Sequence record: OR620964.1
Length of the DNA: 64,000 nucleotides
Reading direction: 5' to 3' (one strand)
Both the position numbers and the translations under genes were made by a program. Of this stretch, positions 8,837-18,082 are shown in pieces; the first letter of the stretch is position 1; each line of letters starts with the position of its first letter. The notes beneath the pieces were generated by a model. That model did no database searches. It saw nothing but the letters and a program-made list of their open reading frames with translations, and was not told the DNA's origin.

Positions 8837-9372
8837 TGGCTAAAAGTCTCGGCGTCTATTTAACATTTATCCTACGCCACAAGCCTGAGTCAATCGGGCT
8901 TGAAATGGATACTGAGGGTTGGGTTTCTATTCAATCTCTTATTGAGAAATCTCAACGACCAATCACATTTGATCGTCTTATGCATGAGGTTGCGCAGGAT
9001 GAGAAAGGTAGATTCCAAGTATCTACCGATCAGATTCAGATACGATGTGTCCAAGGTCACTCAACGCTTTGTGTAAAGCGCGAGTATCCTACGGCTATTC
9101 CTCCTGATGTATTGTATCACGGCACTAGCGCTGATAACCTAGACAGTATACTATCATCTGGGCTGAACGCTAGTCACCGTCATCACCTGCACCTATCTAA
9201 CAGCCTTGAGACTGCTATTCAGGTTGGCTCAAGACGTAAACAAGAGCTTGTTGTACTGGAGATTGATTCCGGTGCTATGCATAGAGAAGGTCATACGTTC
9301 TTTATCTCTGAGAATAATGTGTGGCTAATTGAATTCGTGCCCCAGAAATACTTAACTGTAATGGGTAAGTAA
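8836..9372 (+). CDS. kptA: RNA 2'-phosphotransferase (KptA/Tpt1 family)
   Basis: LRHKP, DEKGRF, IRCVQGHS, LYHGT, RHHLHLS and VWL motifs. Confidence 0.9.
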   Translation: MAKSLGVYLTFILRHKPESIGLEMDTEGWVSIQSLIEKSQRPITFDRLMHEVAQDEKGRFQVSTDQIQIRCVQGHSTLCVKREYPTAIPPDVLYHGTSADNLDSILSSGLNASHRHHLHLSNSLETAIQVGSRRKQELVVLEIDSGAMHREGHTFFISENNVWLIEFVPQKYLTVMGK

Positions 9373-9452
9373 TGGATAATCCTAAACCAAACACCATCAC
9401 CTGTTGTCTTTATTGGTGGTGAGAAGTATATACGCTCACAGTCAGGCCAACT

Positions 9453-9689
9453 ATGCACTACTCCGTATCCAAGGCTGAGTTTGTTCCGTCCGATGTATTG
9501 CCAGATCAAAATTCTCTTGGTCTATCCAAGATGAAGCTCCGCGCTCACTCTGACTACTATCATAATAATCGTGTTAATGATTGGGCAATGCGCTTCACTG
9601 AGTTTGATATAATGTGCGAGTCCAAGGCAAAGAATCAAGCTAGCACTGAGCTATATACAAAGTACCTGTCCTCTAACCGTGCAAAATAG
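9453..9689 (+). CDS. hypothetical protein (possibly the 3' part of an interrupted gene starting at 9372)
   Basis: 78-aa ORF without a clear RBS; the same frame opens at ATG 9372 with a single TGA at 9420. Confidence 0.35.
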   Translation: MHYSVSKAEFVPSDVLPDQNSLGLSKMKLRAHSDYYHNNRVNDWAMRFTEFDIMCESKAKNQASTELYTKYLSSNRAK

Positions 9690-9733
9690 CGGCTAAAATA
9701 TCACTATCACAGTGGCCTTAAATCTGATATAAT
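9681..9733 (+). promoter_or_regulatory. sigma70-like promoter with upstream box
   Basis: GCAAAATAGCGGCTAAAATA; TATAAT at 9728 (37-nt offset). Confidence 0.8.
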
Positions 9734-9783
9734 ATCAGCATGAGCTACTACGCTCCGGCTACTTTTAATTGAGGATTATTACT

Positions 9784-11178
9784 ATGAAAACGATTAAACA
9801 CACTTTCCGTCTGACTGACTTGGTCCGTATTAGTAAAACCGTTCCTACGAACATGGCCAAGTTTGCTGGCGCAGGCGAAGAAGCTATTATTGTTGGCCGT
9901 AGTTTTGATAGTGACCAGTATCAGTTACACATTAAAAATCTCGGATCAACTGAGTGGTATCCTGCCAGCATCCTTACTCTGATTTCCCATAATAATGGCG
10001 TATTGCTTGATCAGTGGGAAGCTGGTGATTACGGTCGTGCTGAGAAAAAGAAACGCAAGCTGCCTAAAGAGCTGCGTAACTTCACTGCTATCCTGCCTGT
10101 TACCTGCAACGCCGATTGTTCTTTTTGTCCTGAGAAAGAAATGGAACAGAAAGCAAATCAGAAAGAGTGGCAAGATGGTTTGATTGATCAGATCAAACGC
10201 ATGTATAAGAAAACGAAGTTCAACCACGTATCAATCTCTGGTGGCGAGCCTTCCTTGCGTTCGAAGTTCCTATTCGAGACAATCGACCGCATCCAGAAAG
10301 AAACTCCAATCAAGACAGTAGGCCTGACTTCTAATGGCCACTTCCTTGAGAAGCAAAACAGCACGTTCGACTTCTTGGATCGTAACACCACACCTGAAAT
10401 GACCAGCAAGTTGTCGCATCTGAATATCAGTATGCACTCATTCAATCGTGAACGTGCGAACAAGATCATGGGCGTGAACTACAAACAGTCTCTGGAAGAT
10501 TTAGTTCGCTTCCGTCGCCAACTAGGTCGTAATGTTAGCTTTCACATCAACTTCGTGATCAACGATCAGACAGGTCCGATTGCAGAAGAGTTCAAGGCTG
10601 CGGCTGACTTCATGCGCGCCAATCCATACATTGACGTTGTGTTCCGTATTGACTACAACAATGTTGAACTGTCTAAGGCGTTGCGTGACTACGCTATGGA
10701 ATATGAAGCGAACCTAATTGCTGTTGCCACGCGCAAGAAGTGCGCCATGAAAGAACCTAAAGCGCCGAACATCGTTCAGGAGTTTGATCGCTCTTTCGGC
10801 GGCCAGAACAATGAAGATGTTGAGAGCGCTTGGACTACAGGATGCCCATCCTGCTTCACTCATGCGTCGAACATTGTCAATAACAGTCGCGCATACCTGA
10901 AAGCGTCTTCATACGAACCGAACGACGACGAAGAAGAATACACTGAGCTGGTGTATCACATGGACGGCGTTCTGTATTGGGACTGGACTCGCAATGATCC
11001 TGTGACCGAACATTTCGGCCTCGGAAAGAAAGACGAAGACACGCAGCCTAAAGCTGTTAAAGCAAAAGCTGTTAAGCTCACTTTCTTAGTGAAGAAAGCA
11101 GAATGCCGTAGAGTTTCGACTACACAAGACGACGCAACTGGTAGTTGCGACTATGGTTATAGTCGTTGTGGCTACTAA
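9784..11178 (+). CDS. radical SAM protein with an N-terminal SH3-like domain and a Cys/Tyr/Gly C-terminal tail
   Basis: CNADCSFC (CxxxCxxC), SISGGEP, TSNG; GAGGA RBS. Confidence 0.9.
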   Translation: MKTIKHTFRLTDLVRISKTVPTNMAKFAGAGEEAIIVGRSFDSDQYQLHIKNLGSTEWYPASILTLISHNNGVLLDQWEAGDYGRAEKKKRKLPKELRNFTAILPVTCNADCSFCPEKEMEQKANQKEWQDGLIDQIKRMYKKTKFNHVSISGGEPSLRSKFLFETIDRIQKETPIKTVGLTSNGHFLEKQNSTFDFLDRNTTPEMTSKLSHLNISMHSFNRERANKIMGVNYKQSLEDLVRFRRQLGRNVSFHINFVINDQTGPIAEEFKAAADFMRANPYIDVVFRIDYNNVELSKALRDYAMEYEANLIAVATRKKCAMKEPKAPNIVQEFDRSFGGQNNEDVESAWTTGCPSCFTHASNIVNNSRAYLKASSYEPNDDEEEYTELVYHMDGVLYWDWTRNDPVTEHFGLGKKDEDTQPKAVKAKAVKLTFLVKKAECRRVSTTQDDATGSCDYGYSRCGY

Positions 11179-11235
11179 GAGAAAAAGATCATGGCTAGGC
11201 GTGTGAAGCTATAGATCTAATCTAGGAGAAATATA

Positions 11236-11652
11236 ATGCAAAAGTTGTATCAAGCAGAACTCGTCGGACCTAAGCAGTTTCAGGAGCTAAAGACCGAACA
11301 GCAAAAACTCCAACAAAAGTTTTTGAAAAAGTCTATTGAGGCTGCCAATGATATTCTTCTGAATATCGCAGCGGGGAAACCACTGGGCGCCTATCTGAAC
11401 TACCAACAAAAATCGATTATTGAGTATACGAAATGGTTACGCTCTGGTGATTCTGAACATCATGCTACTATCGATGAGGACTCCATCATCCTTATGGTCG
11501 GAGAGATTCGTTGTGTAGATGCAGATTCAGTCTACGCAGAACTGCGCCAGCTTTTCATAGATGCTGGTTGGGGAGAGAAAACTTCTGTACACCGCCGAGC
11601 ATGCCATGACGAATTTTGGGTAATACTGGAGCCTGTGGAGGAACTCGAATGA
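11236..11652 (+). CDS. hypothetical protein
   Basis: AGGAG RBS. Confidence 0.7.
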   Translation: MQKLYQAELVGPKQFQELKTEQQKLQQKFLKKSIEAANDILLNIAAGKPLGAYLNYQQKSIIEYTKWLRSGDSEHHATIDEDSIILMVGEIRCVDADSVYAELRQLFIDAGWGEKTSVHRRACHDEFWVILEPVEELE

Positions 11653-11966
11653 ATAGCGTTTACTACTTCGCTTATCTCACTTGGCGCAAACGTTTAATCG
11701 GACTTGTACTGATATTAGTCGTAGTATTAATTGCTACTGGCTATCTTGGTCTGATTACTGGCCAGTCCTCCATGTGGATAGGTTTTATCTTCTTACTGCC
11801 GTTTGCTATTTGTTGGCACGGCGTCGTGTTCTATGAGCAGTGTGTTGCTTCTGAGTTAAGTGATGCAACCGTTAGCACAGCTTGCTATGATAAGTGGAAA
11901 GCTAGACACGCTGCTTGGTATAAGAAAACCTTTGGTCGCACACCTGTTGATAGAGACCTGCGCTAG
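11649..11966 (+). CDS. membrane protein (two transmembrane segments)
   Basis: GGAGG RBS, ATGA overlap, hydrophobic stretches. Confidence 0.7.
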   Translation: MNSVYYFAYLTWRKRLIGLVLILVVVLIATGYLGLITGQSSMWIGFIFLLPFAICWHGVVFYEQCVASELSDATVSTACYDKWKARHAAWYKKTFGRTPVDRDLR

Positions 11967-11999
11967 TCGCTATTATCGATAACTAAATTGGAGATTAAC

Positions 12000-12272
12000 A
12001 TGGCTACTGAACATAAATTTCGTTTGAACGATATGGTGCGTACAACCTCAAGTAAACCGGGCATTCCTGTGGGTACTGTCGGCATTATCAGTGTACGTGA
12101 CATTTGCAGTGACTACGGTCTCCGCCATGAAGACGGTAGCCAGAGCGCGTGGTTTCATGACAATCAGCTTGAGTTGATTGCTCACGACCAGTGGGAATTG
12201 TTAGACAAGTGGGAAGACTTGGACGAATCTTTCGTTGATGACGAAGAAGGCGAAGATGAGGAGGACGAATAA
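12000..12272 (+). CDS. stand-alone SH3/KOW-like small protein with an acidic tail
   Basis: HKFRLNDMVR...W...LELIAH...LLDKWE, similar to the N-terminus of the radical SAM protein. Confidence 0.7.
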   Translation: MATEHKFRLNDMVRTTSSKPGIPVGTVGIISVRDICSDYGLRHEDGSQSAWFHDNQLELIAHDQWELLDKWEDLDESFVDDEEGEDEEDE

Positions 12273-12529
12273 TGGCAGTTGGATTTGGTGCAGTTGATGG
12301 AGTGCAGGACACAATAGAAAGCACAACTCTAAATGAAATAGATAGAGCAAGAGCTTCATTGCGTGGTATAGGATGTTCACATTGTAAAGAGTGTGGTGAC
12401 ACAATACCTATTGCTCGTCGTCAGGCAATGCCTAGTGCTGTGTATTGCATTGACTGTCAAGGTGACCATGATGGATCTACTATAAGCTATTATAATCGAC
12501 GTGGCTCCAAAGATTCCCAGCTGAGGTAA
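12272..12529 (+). CDS. TraR/DksA C4 zinc-finger protein
   Basis: CKECGDTIPIARRQAMPSAVYCIDCQ signature; acidic DGVQD coiled-coil tip. Confidence 0.9.
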   Translation: MAVGFGAVDGVQDTIESTTLNEIDRARASLRGIGCSHCKECGDTIPIARRQAMPSAVYCIDCQGDHDGSTISYYNRRGSKDSQLR

Positions 12530-12531
12530 CT

Positions 12532-12972
12532 ATGTATAAATTGAATACAATAGGCTGCGATACAATCAAGCCTATTATTCTGCGTGAACTCCGGCACCTG
12601 ATGACAACTGGACGTGTTGACCTAGCAGAAGCATACACACTGCTTGATATAACACCTGCACTCTATCTCTCTAGGGCAGAAGGTAATAATACATCTACCT
12701 ACTACAATACTTCCGCATACTACGCGGAAATTGAGCCTAAGATTCTGACACTACTTGCTAAATATAATATAAGTTGGGTTCTAGATAGAACATCTTTGCG
12801 GGAATATGTGATTAAGTTTCTTACTGGCCTTGGCTTTAAGCAGGTAGCAGACGATTTGTTTTATATAACATCCGAGCTTATCTCACCAAGCACCTATGAC
12901 GTGATCTTGCTGAAAGCTGTGATATCTCACACATCAAAGCATATCACCACACTGGATATAGTGGAGGAGTAA
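12532..12972 (+). CDS. hypothetical protein
   Basis: GAGG RBS. Confidence 0.7.
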   Translation: MYKLNTIGCDTIKPIILRELRHLMTTGRVDLAEAYTLLDITPALYLSRAEGNNTSTYYNTSAYYAEIEPKILTLLAKYNISWVLDRTSLREYVIKFLTGLGFKQVADDLFYITSELISPSTYDVILLKAVISHTSKHITTLDIVEE

Positions 12973-12973
12973 T

Positions 12974-13336
12974 ATGACTATGCAAAACACAGGTGATGTA
13001 GATTTAGATCGGCTTATGCAATACGATGGTATCGAAGATGCCTTATCAAGCTACTGTACTGATCCAACTCCCGAGCGCAAGCTACGGCTGTTAAATATCA
13101 TTTCTAGTGAGGTGTGTGAAATGATTGGTCTTGACGTCGATATAATCCAGCCGGAATCAGAAGATGATGACCAGCATGAGGATGAGTGGTGTTCTCAGTG
13201 CGGAGGTATGATCGGGGACGATTGTGACTGCCAGCATGATGGCTGCGAAGACGAAGAAGATGGCGAAGAGGAACAATGTGAACACTGCATGTCACCTCAT
13301 AGACTCTGTGATTGCGCACAAGAAGAGGACGAATAA
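12974..13336 (+). CDS. acidic Cys-rich protein with two CxxC...CDC motifs
   Basis: CSQCGGMIGDDCDC and CEHCMSPHRLCDC; GGAGG RBS. Confidence 0.7.
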   Translation: MTMQNTGDVDLDRLMQYDGIEDALSSYCTDPTPERKLRLLNIISSEVCEMIGLDVDIIQPESEDDDQHEDEWCSQCGGMIGDDCDCQHDGCEDEEDGEEEQCEHCMSPHRLCDCAQEEDE

Positions 13337-13338
13337 CG

Positions 13339-13551
13339 ATGGACCAGAGAGTTTTGATGAATGCTATTCTGTGTGAGAATGACGCACTATCACCCGTACA
13401 GCTATCTATGACTTCTGCTGCATTTGAAATGATCATTTGCCTGAAAAGACGAACACAGGCAAAGGCTAAGATTAAATCTGATATGGAACGCAAGGCGAAA
13501 CACAAAGCAAATAAGAAGCGTCGCCAGCACACTAAACATAATCGTAAGTGA
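13339..13551 (+). CDS. small basic hypothetical protein
   Basis: GAGGA RBS; K/R/H-rich C-terminus. Confidence 0.6.
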   Translation: MDQRVLMNAILCENDALSPVQLSMTSAAFEMIICLKRRTQAKAKIKSDMERKAKHKANKKRRQHTKHNRK

Positions 13552-13555
13552 GACA

Positions 13556-14194
13556 ATGATGAGAAAAGAAATCGTTTTGACCGAAGAACAGCTCGCTCAA
13601 GGTACTGCAACAATTCAGAGTGCCTTAGACGCAGCATACTTCTCCGCAGTTTCTATTAGCTATACGCCTTTGTACTTTGATGAGTTTGGAGAATCTCAAG
13701 GAGGCTGGTTTGTCGATCTTGATAAAAAGACACGCAATAAACTAAAAGACGCAACGCAGTCTTGGCATTCCATTGTAGCAATCTCTGGTGATTGTGTAGA
13801 AGATACGGTTGGCGCCATTCGTGAGACACGACGAAATATGAAGAAGAATAAATCTATTCATCATATTCGCCATAAGCCTTGGGCAGAAAAGACGGTGCAA
13901 GTTAAGTTGTCACCTAGTGAGTATGATAGTCTGAAAACTCAGGCAATAGATATGTCTGTATCTAGCTATATACAGGCACTAATTAGAAATGACCCTACAA
14001 CAACGCAGTTTGCTACCAGCCTGCATAAGGCACAATACGCATTTGCTAATGGTTCGGATTTAACAGACGCCGACCTTGATATATTAATTCTGGCCTATGA
14101 TGTTTATCATCATCTGCATGGTGCACTGGATCGCGATAACGTTGTTAATACGAAGCAACGCCTGAACACGATGAAAGAAGCAAGAAAGCAGTAA
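13556..14194 (+). CDS. hypothetical protein with an internal RHH-like segment
   Basis: KTVQVKLSPSEYDSLKTQAIDMSVSSYIQALI. Confidence 0.6.
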   Translation: MMRKEIVLTEEQLAQGTATIQSALDAAYFSAVSISYTPLYFDEFGESQGGWFVDLDKKTRNKLKDATQSWHSIVAISGDCVEDTVGAIRETRRNMKKNKSIHHIRHKPWAEKTVQVKLSPSEYDSLKTQAIDMSVSSYIQALIRNDPTTTQFATSLHKAQYAFANGSDLTDADLDILILAYDVYHHLHGALDRDNVVNTKQRLNTMKEARKQ

Positions 14195-14210
14195 CTAAGA
14201 CATTCCTCAG

Positions 14211-14236
14211 AGGGAGCCACTTGTTGGCTCCTTTTT
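14211..14236 (+). terminator. intrinsic terminator
   Basis: AGGGAGCCA-CTTGT-TGGCTCCTTTTT. Confidence 0.8.
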
Positions 14237-14318
14237 GCGTTTCTGGAGCAAATTTAGACTATCCTTGATTTTGACTTATTTTCGACTCCTTTTCTGGAGG
14301 CGCATGAACGCTGGATCT

Positions 14319-14373
14319 CTGCAAATTACCGTCCAAAATAGCGCTTGATCTGCAAGGTAGAGTTTGATAAACT
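14319..14373 (+). promoter_or_regulatory. sigma70-like promoter with upstream box
   Basis: CTGCAAATTACCGTCCAAAATA; TTGATC-17-TAAACT (-10 at 14368). Confidence 0.75.
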
Positions 14374-14430
14374 TACTCCACGGACTCTGTATCGAGTTTA
14401 TCTCAATTCTAAATCTTAGGAGTATATAAC

Positions 14431-14646
14431 ATGCGTAAATATCAAGTAGCTTTAGACGTGCTGGCTGTAGAAGGCGAACTGAAAAACTTCATTAAGGCCA
14501 AGGACATTAAAACCGTTCCTGATTTTTCTATGAAAACTTCTTTCGTAGGAACACGAGAAGTTCTGGAAGAAATGATTCTGGTGTTCTTTGCTAAGAATGA
14601 TGCAGATCGCGCCCGTTCACTTAACGCATATATCATGGAGGCATGA
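14431..14646 (+). CDS. small hypothetical protein, probable paralog of 922-1179
   Basis: AGGAG RBS. Confidence 0.75.
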   Translation: MRKYQVALDVLAVEGELKNFIKAKDIKTVPDFSMKTSFVGTREVLEEMILVFFAKNDADRARSLNAYIMEA

Positions 14647-14647
14647 A

Positions 14648-14971
14648 ATGGCAATACTACCAATCGTAGGTAGCCAACAGGCTAAGTTGGATCTCACAAG
14701 CAAGCGACCAGTGCTTGAAAAATCATCCGCCAGTAAAGAACTGGATGAGACTTTTGCTGATCATATGAAACGTGCTCAGTTGAAGATAACGGAAGCTGAC
14801 TATCGAACACTAAAGGCGCTTGAGGAAAATGTCAAGCGCCTTGCTACGCAACCAACGCTAGTTGTTATTGGTTACGACAATCTAGGCAGAGTACAGTATG
14901 CGAAAAGCCCAAGTCACCTGATCGTGCCTGATAGCTTTACACAACAAACAAAGAAAGATTCATCTAAGTAG
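14648..14971 (+). CDS. hypothetical protein
   Basis: GGAGG RBS. Confidence 0.65.
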   Translation: MAILPIVGSQQAKLDLTSKRPVLEKSSASKELDETFADHMKRAQLKITEADYRTLKALEENVKRLATQPTLVVIGYDNLGRVQYAKSPSHLIVPDSFTQQTKKDSSK

Positions 14972-15029
14972 TATTAATCGAAGCATCTTGCTTCTACGAT
15001 TTGATAATAATCGAAGTTTGGAGAATAAA

Positions 15030-15404
15030 ATGATTGTAATCTGTAACAGTGCTAAGGATATTGCAGCGCACCGAGTTCGTCAAGGCGACGCTTTTGTTTT
15101 CGGTAAGTCTGGCATATTGTTGAATGCTGACTATATTATCCTCACTGACTTAGCAGGTTGCTACGTTCTACGGAAACAGGATATCGTCTGGCCTGAAATC
15201 ATGGAAGGTGCAACGCATGTAATCAAGACTCATGCGATGAGTACGCTAAGGCGCTCAGAGTTAGAGCAAGCCTGTCCTAAATTTAATGCAGCCGTGCATG
15301 GCACTCTCGCGTTTCGAAACACTGCTTTTGAGCGAAAGCTGTCGGCACTAAGCTACATGCCTACAGAATACGGAGTTAATAATGGCCCGCTATCATGTGC
15401 ATAA
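15030..15404 (+). CDS. hypothetical protein
   Basis: GGAG RBS. Confidence 0.65.
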   Translation: MIVICNSAKDIAAHRVRQGDAFVFGKSGILLNADYIILTDLAGCYVLRKQDIVWPEIMEGATHVIKTHAMSTLRRSELEQACPKFNAAVHGTLAFRNTAFERKLSALSYMPTEYGVNNGPLSCA

Positions 15405-15612
15405 TGCTACTGTACCATACGTTGGTCTTGCCTATTATGGTCCTCATATGCAAGACATTGGATTTGAAGAAGGATCAACTGCTGACTTTGGAACAAGAAA
15501 AGAGGCAATAGAGTGCGCGGACAAGTTGCAAGCTGTCTGCGAAACTGGCTGGCTAGTTGTCCACTCATTTTACGAACGTGTGGAATATGATTCACGCCCA
15601 CGTATCGAATAG
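15382..15612 (+). CDS. hypothetical protein
   Basis: GGAG RBS. Confidence 0.65.
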   Translation: MARYHVHNATVPYVGLAYYGPHMQDIGFEEGSTADFGTRKEAIECADKLQAVCETGWLVVHSFYERVEYDSRPRIE

Positions 15613-15700
15613 AAGTTTAAATAGCGGTACCCCGTGCGTAGTAATAGTGCTGCGCACGGTTTGATCATAATCGAAGCATCGAAAATTAATAGGAATATAA

Positions 15701-16186
15701 ATGAAAACTCGTATCGCCCTACTCGCCTTAGCTCTATCTATCTCCGTAGCACACGCCTCGATTACCCCTCTGTTGAACAATGGTGATGCATTGCCTATCA
15801 CACAGAAGATGGATTCTACCTGCCTGAAACAACTCCACAACGTACCAGAACTTCGCTCTGCCGTAATTGACTACGCCTTGGACAATAACACAATTGAATC
15901 TTGGCCTCTCTGGCCAGTAGTGTGTCCTCTTGTATCTGCTTCATCTAGTGCTTCTGCCGTACGTATCGGTCAGGACATTGAGATAACCTTTACGTCTAAG
16001 ACGCCTTCAAAAACGAAAAGCCGATTCACTTTCCAGCGCGTCATATCTGATGATCTGACCGTTGAGACATATCAGATCGCTGCTGTTGATAGCACAAGCA
16101 TGATGAGCTATGAAATGCAAACAGACCTGCGTAACATGATGTTGCATATGAATGAGCAATCAATCAACGATCCACGTAATCAATAA
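15701..16186 (+). CDS. secreted/periplasmic protein
   Basis: Signal peptide MKTRIALLALALSISVAHA. Confidence 0.75.
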   Translation: MKTRIALLALALSISVAHASITPLLNNGDALPITQKMDSTCLKQLHNVPELRSAVIDYALDNNTIESWPLWPVVCPLVSASSSASAVRIGQDIEITFTSKTPSKTKSRFTFQRVISDDLTVETYQIAAVDSTSMMSYEMQTDLRNMMLHMNEQSINDPRNQ

Positions 16187-16195
16187 GGCCGTGTC

Positions 16196-16615
16196 ATGAT
16201 TAATGCAATCAAGAAGCAATATGCAGCATGGCAGAAACGTAGATCTGCATTTCACGCAGAGCGCCGTGAACAGCATGTGGCAGAGTTAATCAATCGCCCG
16301 AACATGATAGCGATTACATGTAAGCTCATTACCGTGCGCATATTTTATTTAGACACGACCACGTACATCTTCACCGAGGCTAAACGTGAAGATGGCCTTG
16401 TTTACCGTAACCGTGTTTGCCTTAGAGTACAGTTAGGATTGTTTGATAAGTCTCTGGAGTCTACGCAAAGAGCGGCAGAAATCCAAAGCATAGCCCAGTA
16501 TATTTCCAAGAACAAACATCGAAACGTTAAGCTAACTATGAATGGGCATAAGTATCTGGTCAATCACATTGAAAGGACACCAGGGGATATATGCATAACT
16601 CTACAGGTGTTATAG
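16196..16615 (+). CDS. hypothetical protein
   Basis: ORF in gene run. Confidence 0.6.
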   Translation: MINAIKKQYAAWQKRRSAFHAERREQHVAELINRPNMIAITCKLITVRIFYLDTTTYIFTEAKREDGLVYRNRVCLRVQLGLFDKSLESTQRAAEIQSIAQYISKNKHRNVKLTMNGHKYLVNHIERTPGDICITLQVL

Positions 16616-16899
16616 CAGGATACGAAGATGAGGCTACTGTAGTTCTGGATGATGCAGGTAACCCTATACTCAACCTAAGTCAGTTATCAAAACTATCAGT
16701 GGATATCGCACTTCTACTGCGAGAGAGTCCAAAAATGAATAAGCGCCGACTGGCTCGCGCTGCTCAGAATTTGTTGAACACAGGTGACTATACTGATAGG
16801 ACAGTAGTTAGTCTACTGACCAAGATAGCTCGATCTGTAAATCCAATAGAGGCCCTTCACGAAATAGCCACCATGTTTGACTGGATAACCGAGGATTAA
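16591..16899 (+). CDS. hypothetical protein
   Basis: ORF in gene run; start uncertain. Confidence 0.55.
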   Translation: MHNSTGVIAGYEDEATVVLDDAGNPILNLSQLSKLSVDIALLLRESPKMNKRRLARAAQNLLNTGDYTDRTVVSLLTKIARSVNPIEALHEIATMFDWITED

Positions 16900-16903
16900 T
16901 AAA

Positions 16904-17845
16904 ATGGTATTTGGCAATTTGATTATTGATAATAAAAAAGTACTGGCGGCCTTGATTGAAGACGCCTCCAGCTCTAAGAAGAAATCTAGAGATAAGGCAC
17001 GTACGGCCCTGCGTAACCTTCTCTCAATACTACCGTATACGAACTGTATTAGAGTACCGGATTACCTACTGCTGCCTTCTTCTGGTGAAGAACTTATGAA
17101 TCAGGATAGGCCAGTAGCACTACAGGCACTTGCTGATGCAGGGTTCAAATTTAACGGATCTAGTATTACTGTGCATCGTCCAGCAAAAGTAGTGCCCGTG
17201 TTCTCTGGCGAAAATAAAAGTCTGATAGCACCAGTCTTAAATATGTCGATCAGTCTCATGGATGCATGTGCTGATATGGATCTTGGCATATGGACAGATG
17301 TAGGGCACGCACCTATGTCTAAGGATGTTGATGAAGCTACGGCAGAGACTATAGCACAATCTATCCGTACTTTGTGTATTGAGCGAGGTCTGCCCGTCGT
17401 ACTGCCAGAAATCGTAGAGCACCTGAATAACTGCCACGGTACTGCTCTTGTTATCTTGCACATAGAGAAGCCGAAAGATGAAATTGAATGTGATTGTGAA
17501 TATATCACAAGTTATTTAACGCCTCTCACTGGAACGCCTTTCTCTGACAAATATCTTAGCCGCATACTAGATATGGAAGTAGCTGCCCGCGTGTCAAGAG
17601 TGACGGATGATAAAAATGGTTTCGTAGTTAGAATACACACTACTACGCTAGGCAATGATGTAGAGCTTGAACTAAACGGTTATCAATATCCAACATCGAA
17701 CAACGAAGAATATGATGATATATTCTGTGCCTATGCCGTTAGCTGTGGCTTTAGTACGCAGGTTAAGGAACTGTCTGACGTAGAGCAAATCGTATTAACG
17801 GCACAACTGATCGAAGCATACAACCCAATCATAGGAATAGCATAA
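16904..17845 (+). CDS. hypothetical protein
   Basis: 313 aa; GAGGA RBS. Confidence 0.75.
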   Translation: MVFGNLIIDNKKVLAALIEDASSSKKKSRDKARTALRNLLSILPYTNCIRVPDYLLLPSSGEELMNQDRPVALQALADAGFKFNGSSITVHRPAKVVPVFSGENKSLIAPVLNMSISLMDACADMDLGIWTDVGHAPMSKDVDEATAETIAQSIRTLCIERGLPVVLPEIVEHLNNCHGTALVILHIEKPKDEIECDCEYITSYLTPLTGTPFSDKYLSRILDMEVAARVSRVTDDKNGFVVRIHTTTLGNDVELELNGYQYPTSNNEEYDDIFCAYAVSCGFSTQVKELSDVEQIVLTAQLIEAYNPIIGIA

Positions 17846-17924
17846 TGCAACTACAGAAACTGGTGAGCGCATTCGTGCCTTAGTTCGTAAGGCAGCGCAG
17901 GACATGGCGATAGACATAGAACTA

Positions 17925-17979
17925 GACAAATAGTCGGCTAAAATCGTATCTTGTATAACCACCTGATTTATGATATAAT
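17925..17979 (+). promoter_or_regulatory. sigma70-like promoter with upstream box
   Basis: GACAAATAGTCGGCTAAAAT; TTGTAT-17-TATAAT (-10 at 17974). Confidence 0.8.
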
Positions 17980-18082
17980 GAGTGTGAGGCATATGCCTTG
18001 CACTTATCGCACAATCCTGTGCTTACACAACTTGACTCTAACGAGTTACGCGCTAACAAGCGTTTATTAGGAATCGATTATA

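Noticed and set aside
9372-9689. Possible TGA read-through or recoding joining the ATG at 9372 to the ORF at 9453
   Set aside because: It is a single instance, and TGA serves as a normal stop elsewhere (for example 1654, 38589); a nonsense mutation or chance is more likely.
17843-17933. Protein-like frame (HNATTETGERIRALVRKAAQDMAIDIELDK*) after 16904-17845, suggesting a frameshift
   Set aside because: No start codon or slippery sequence was found, and it cannot be told from chance without homologs or reads.
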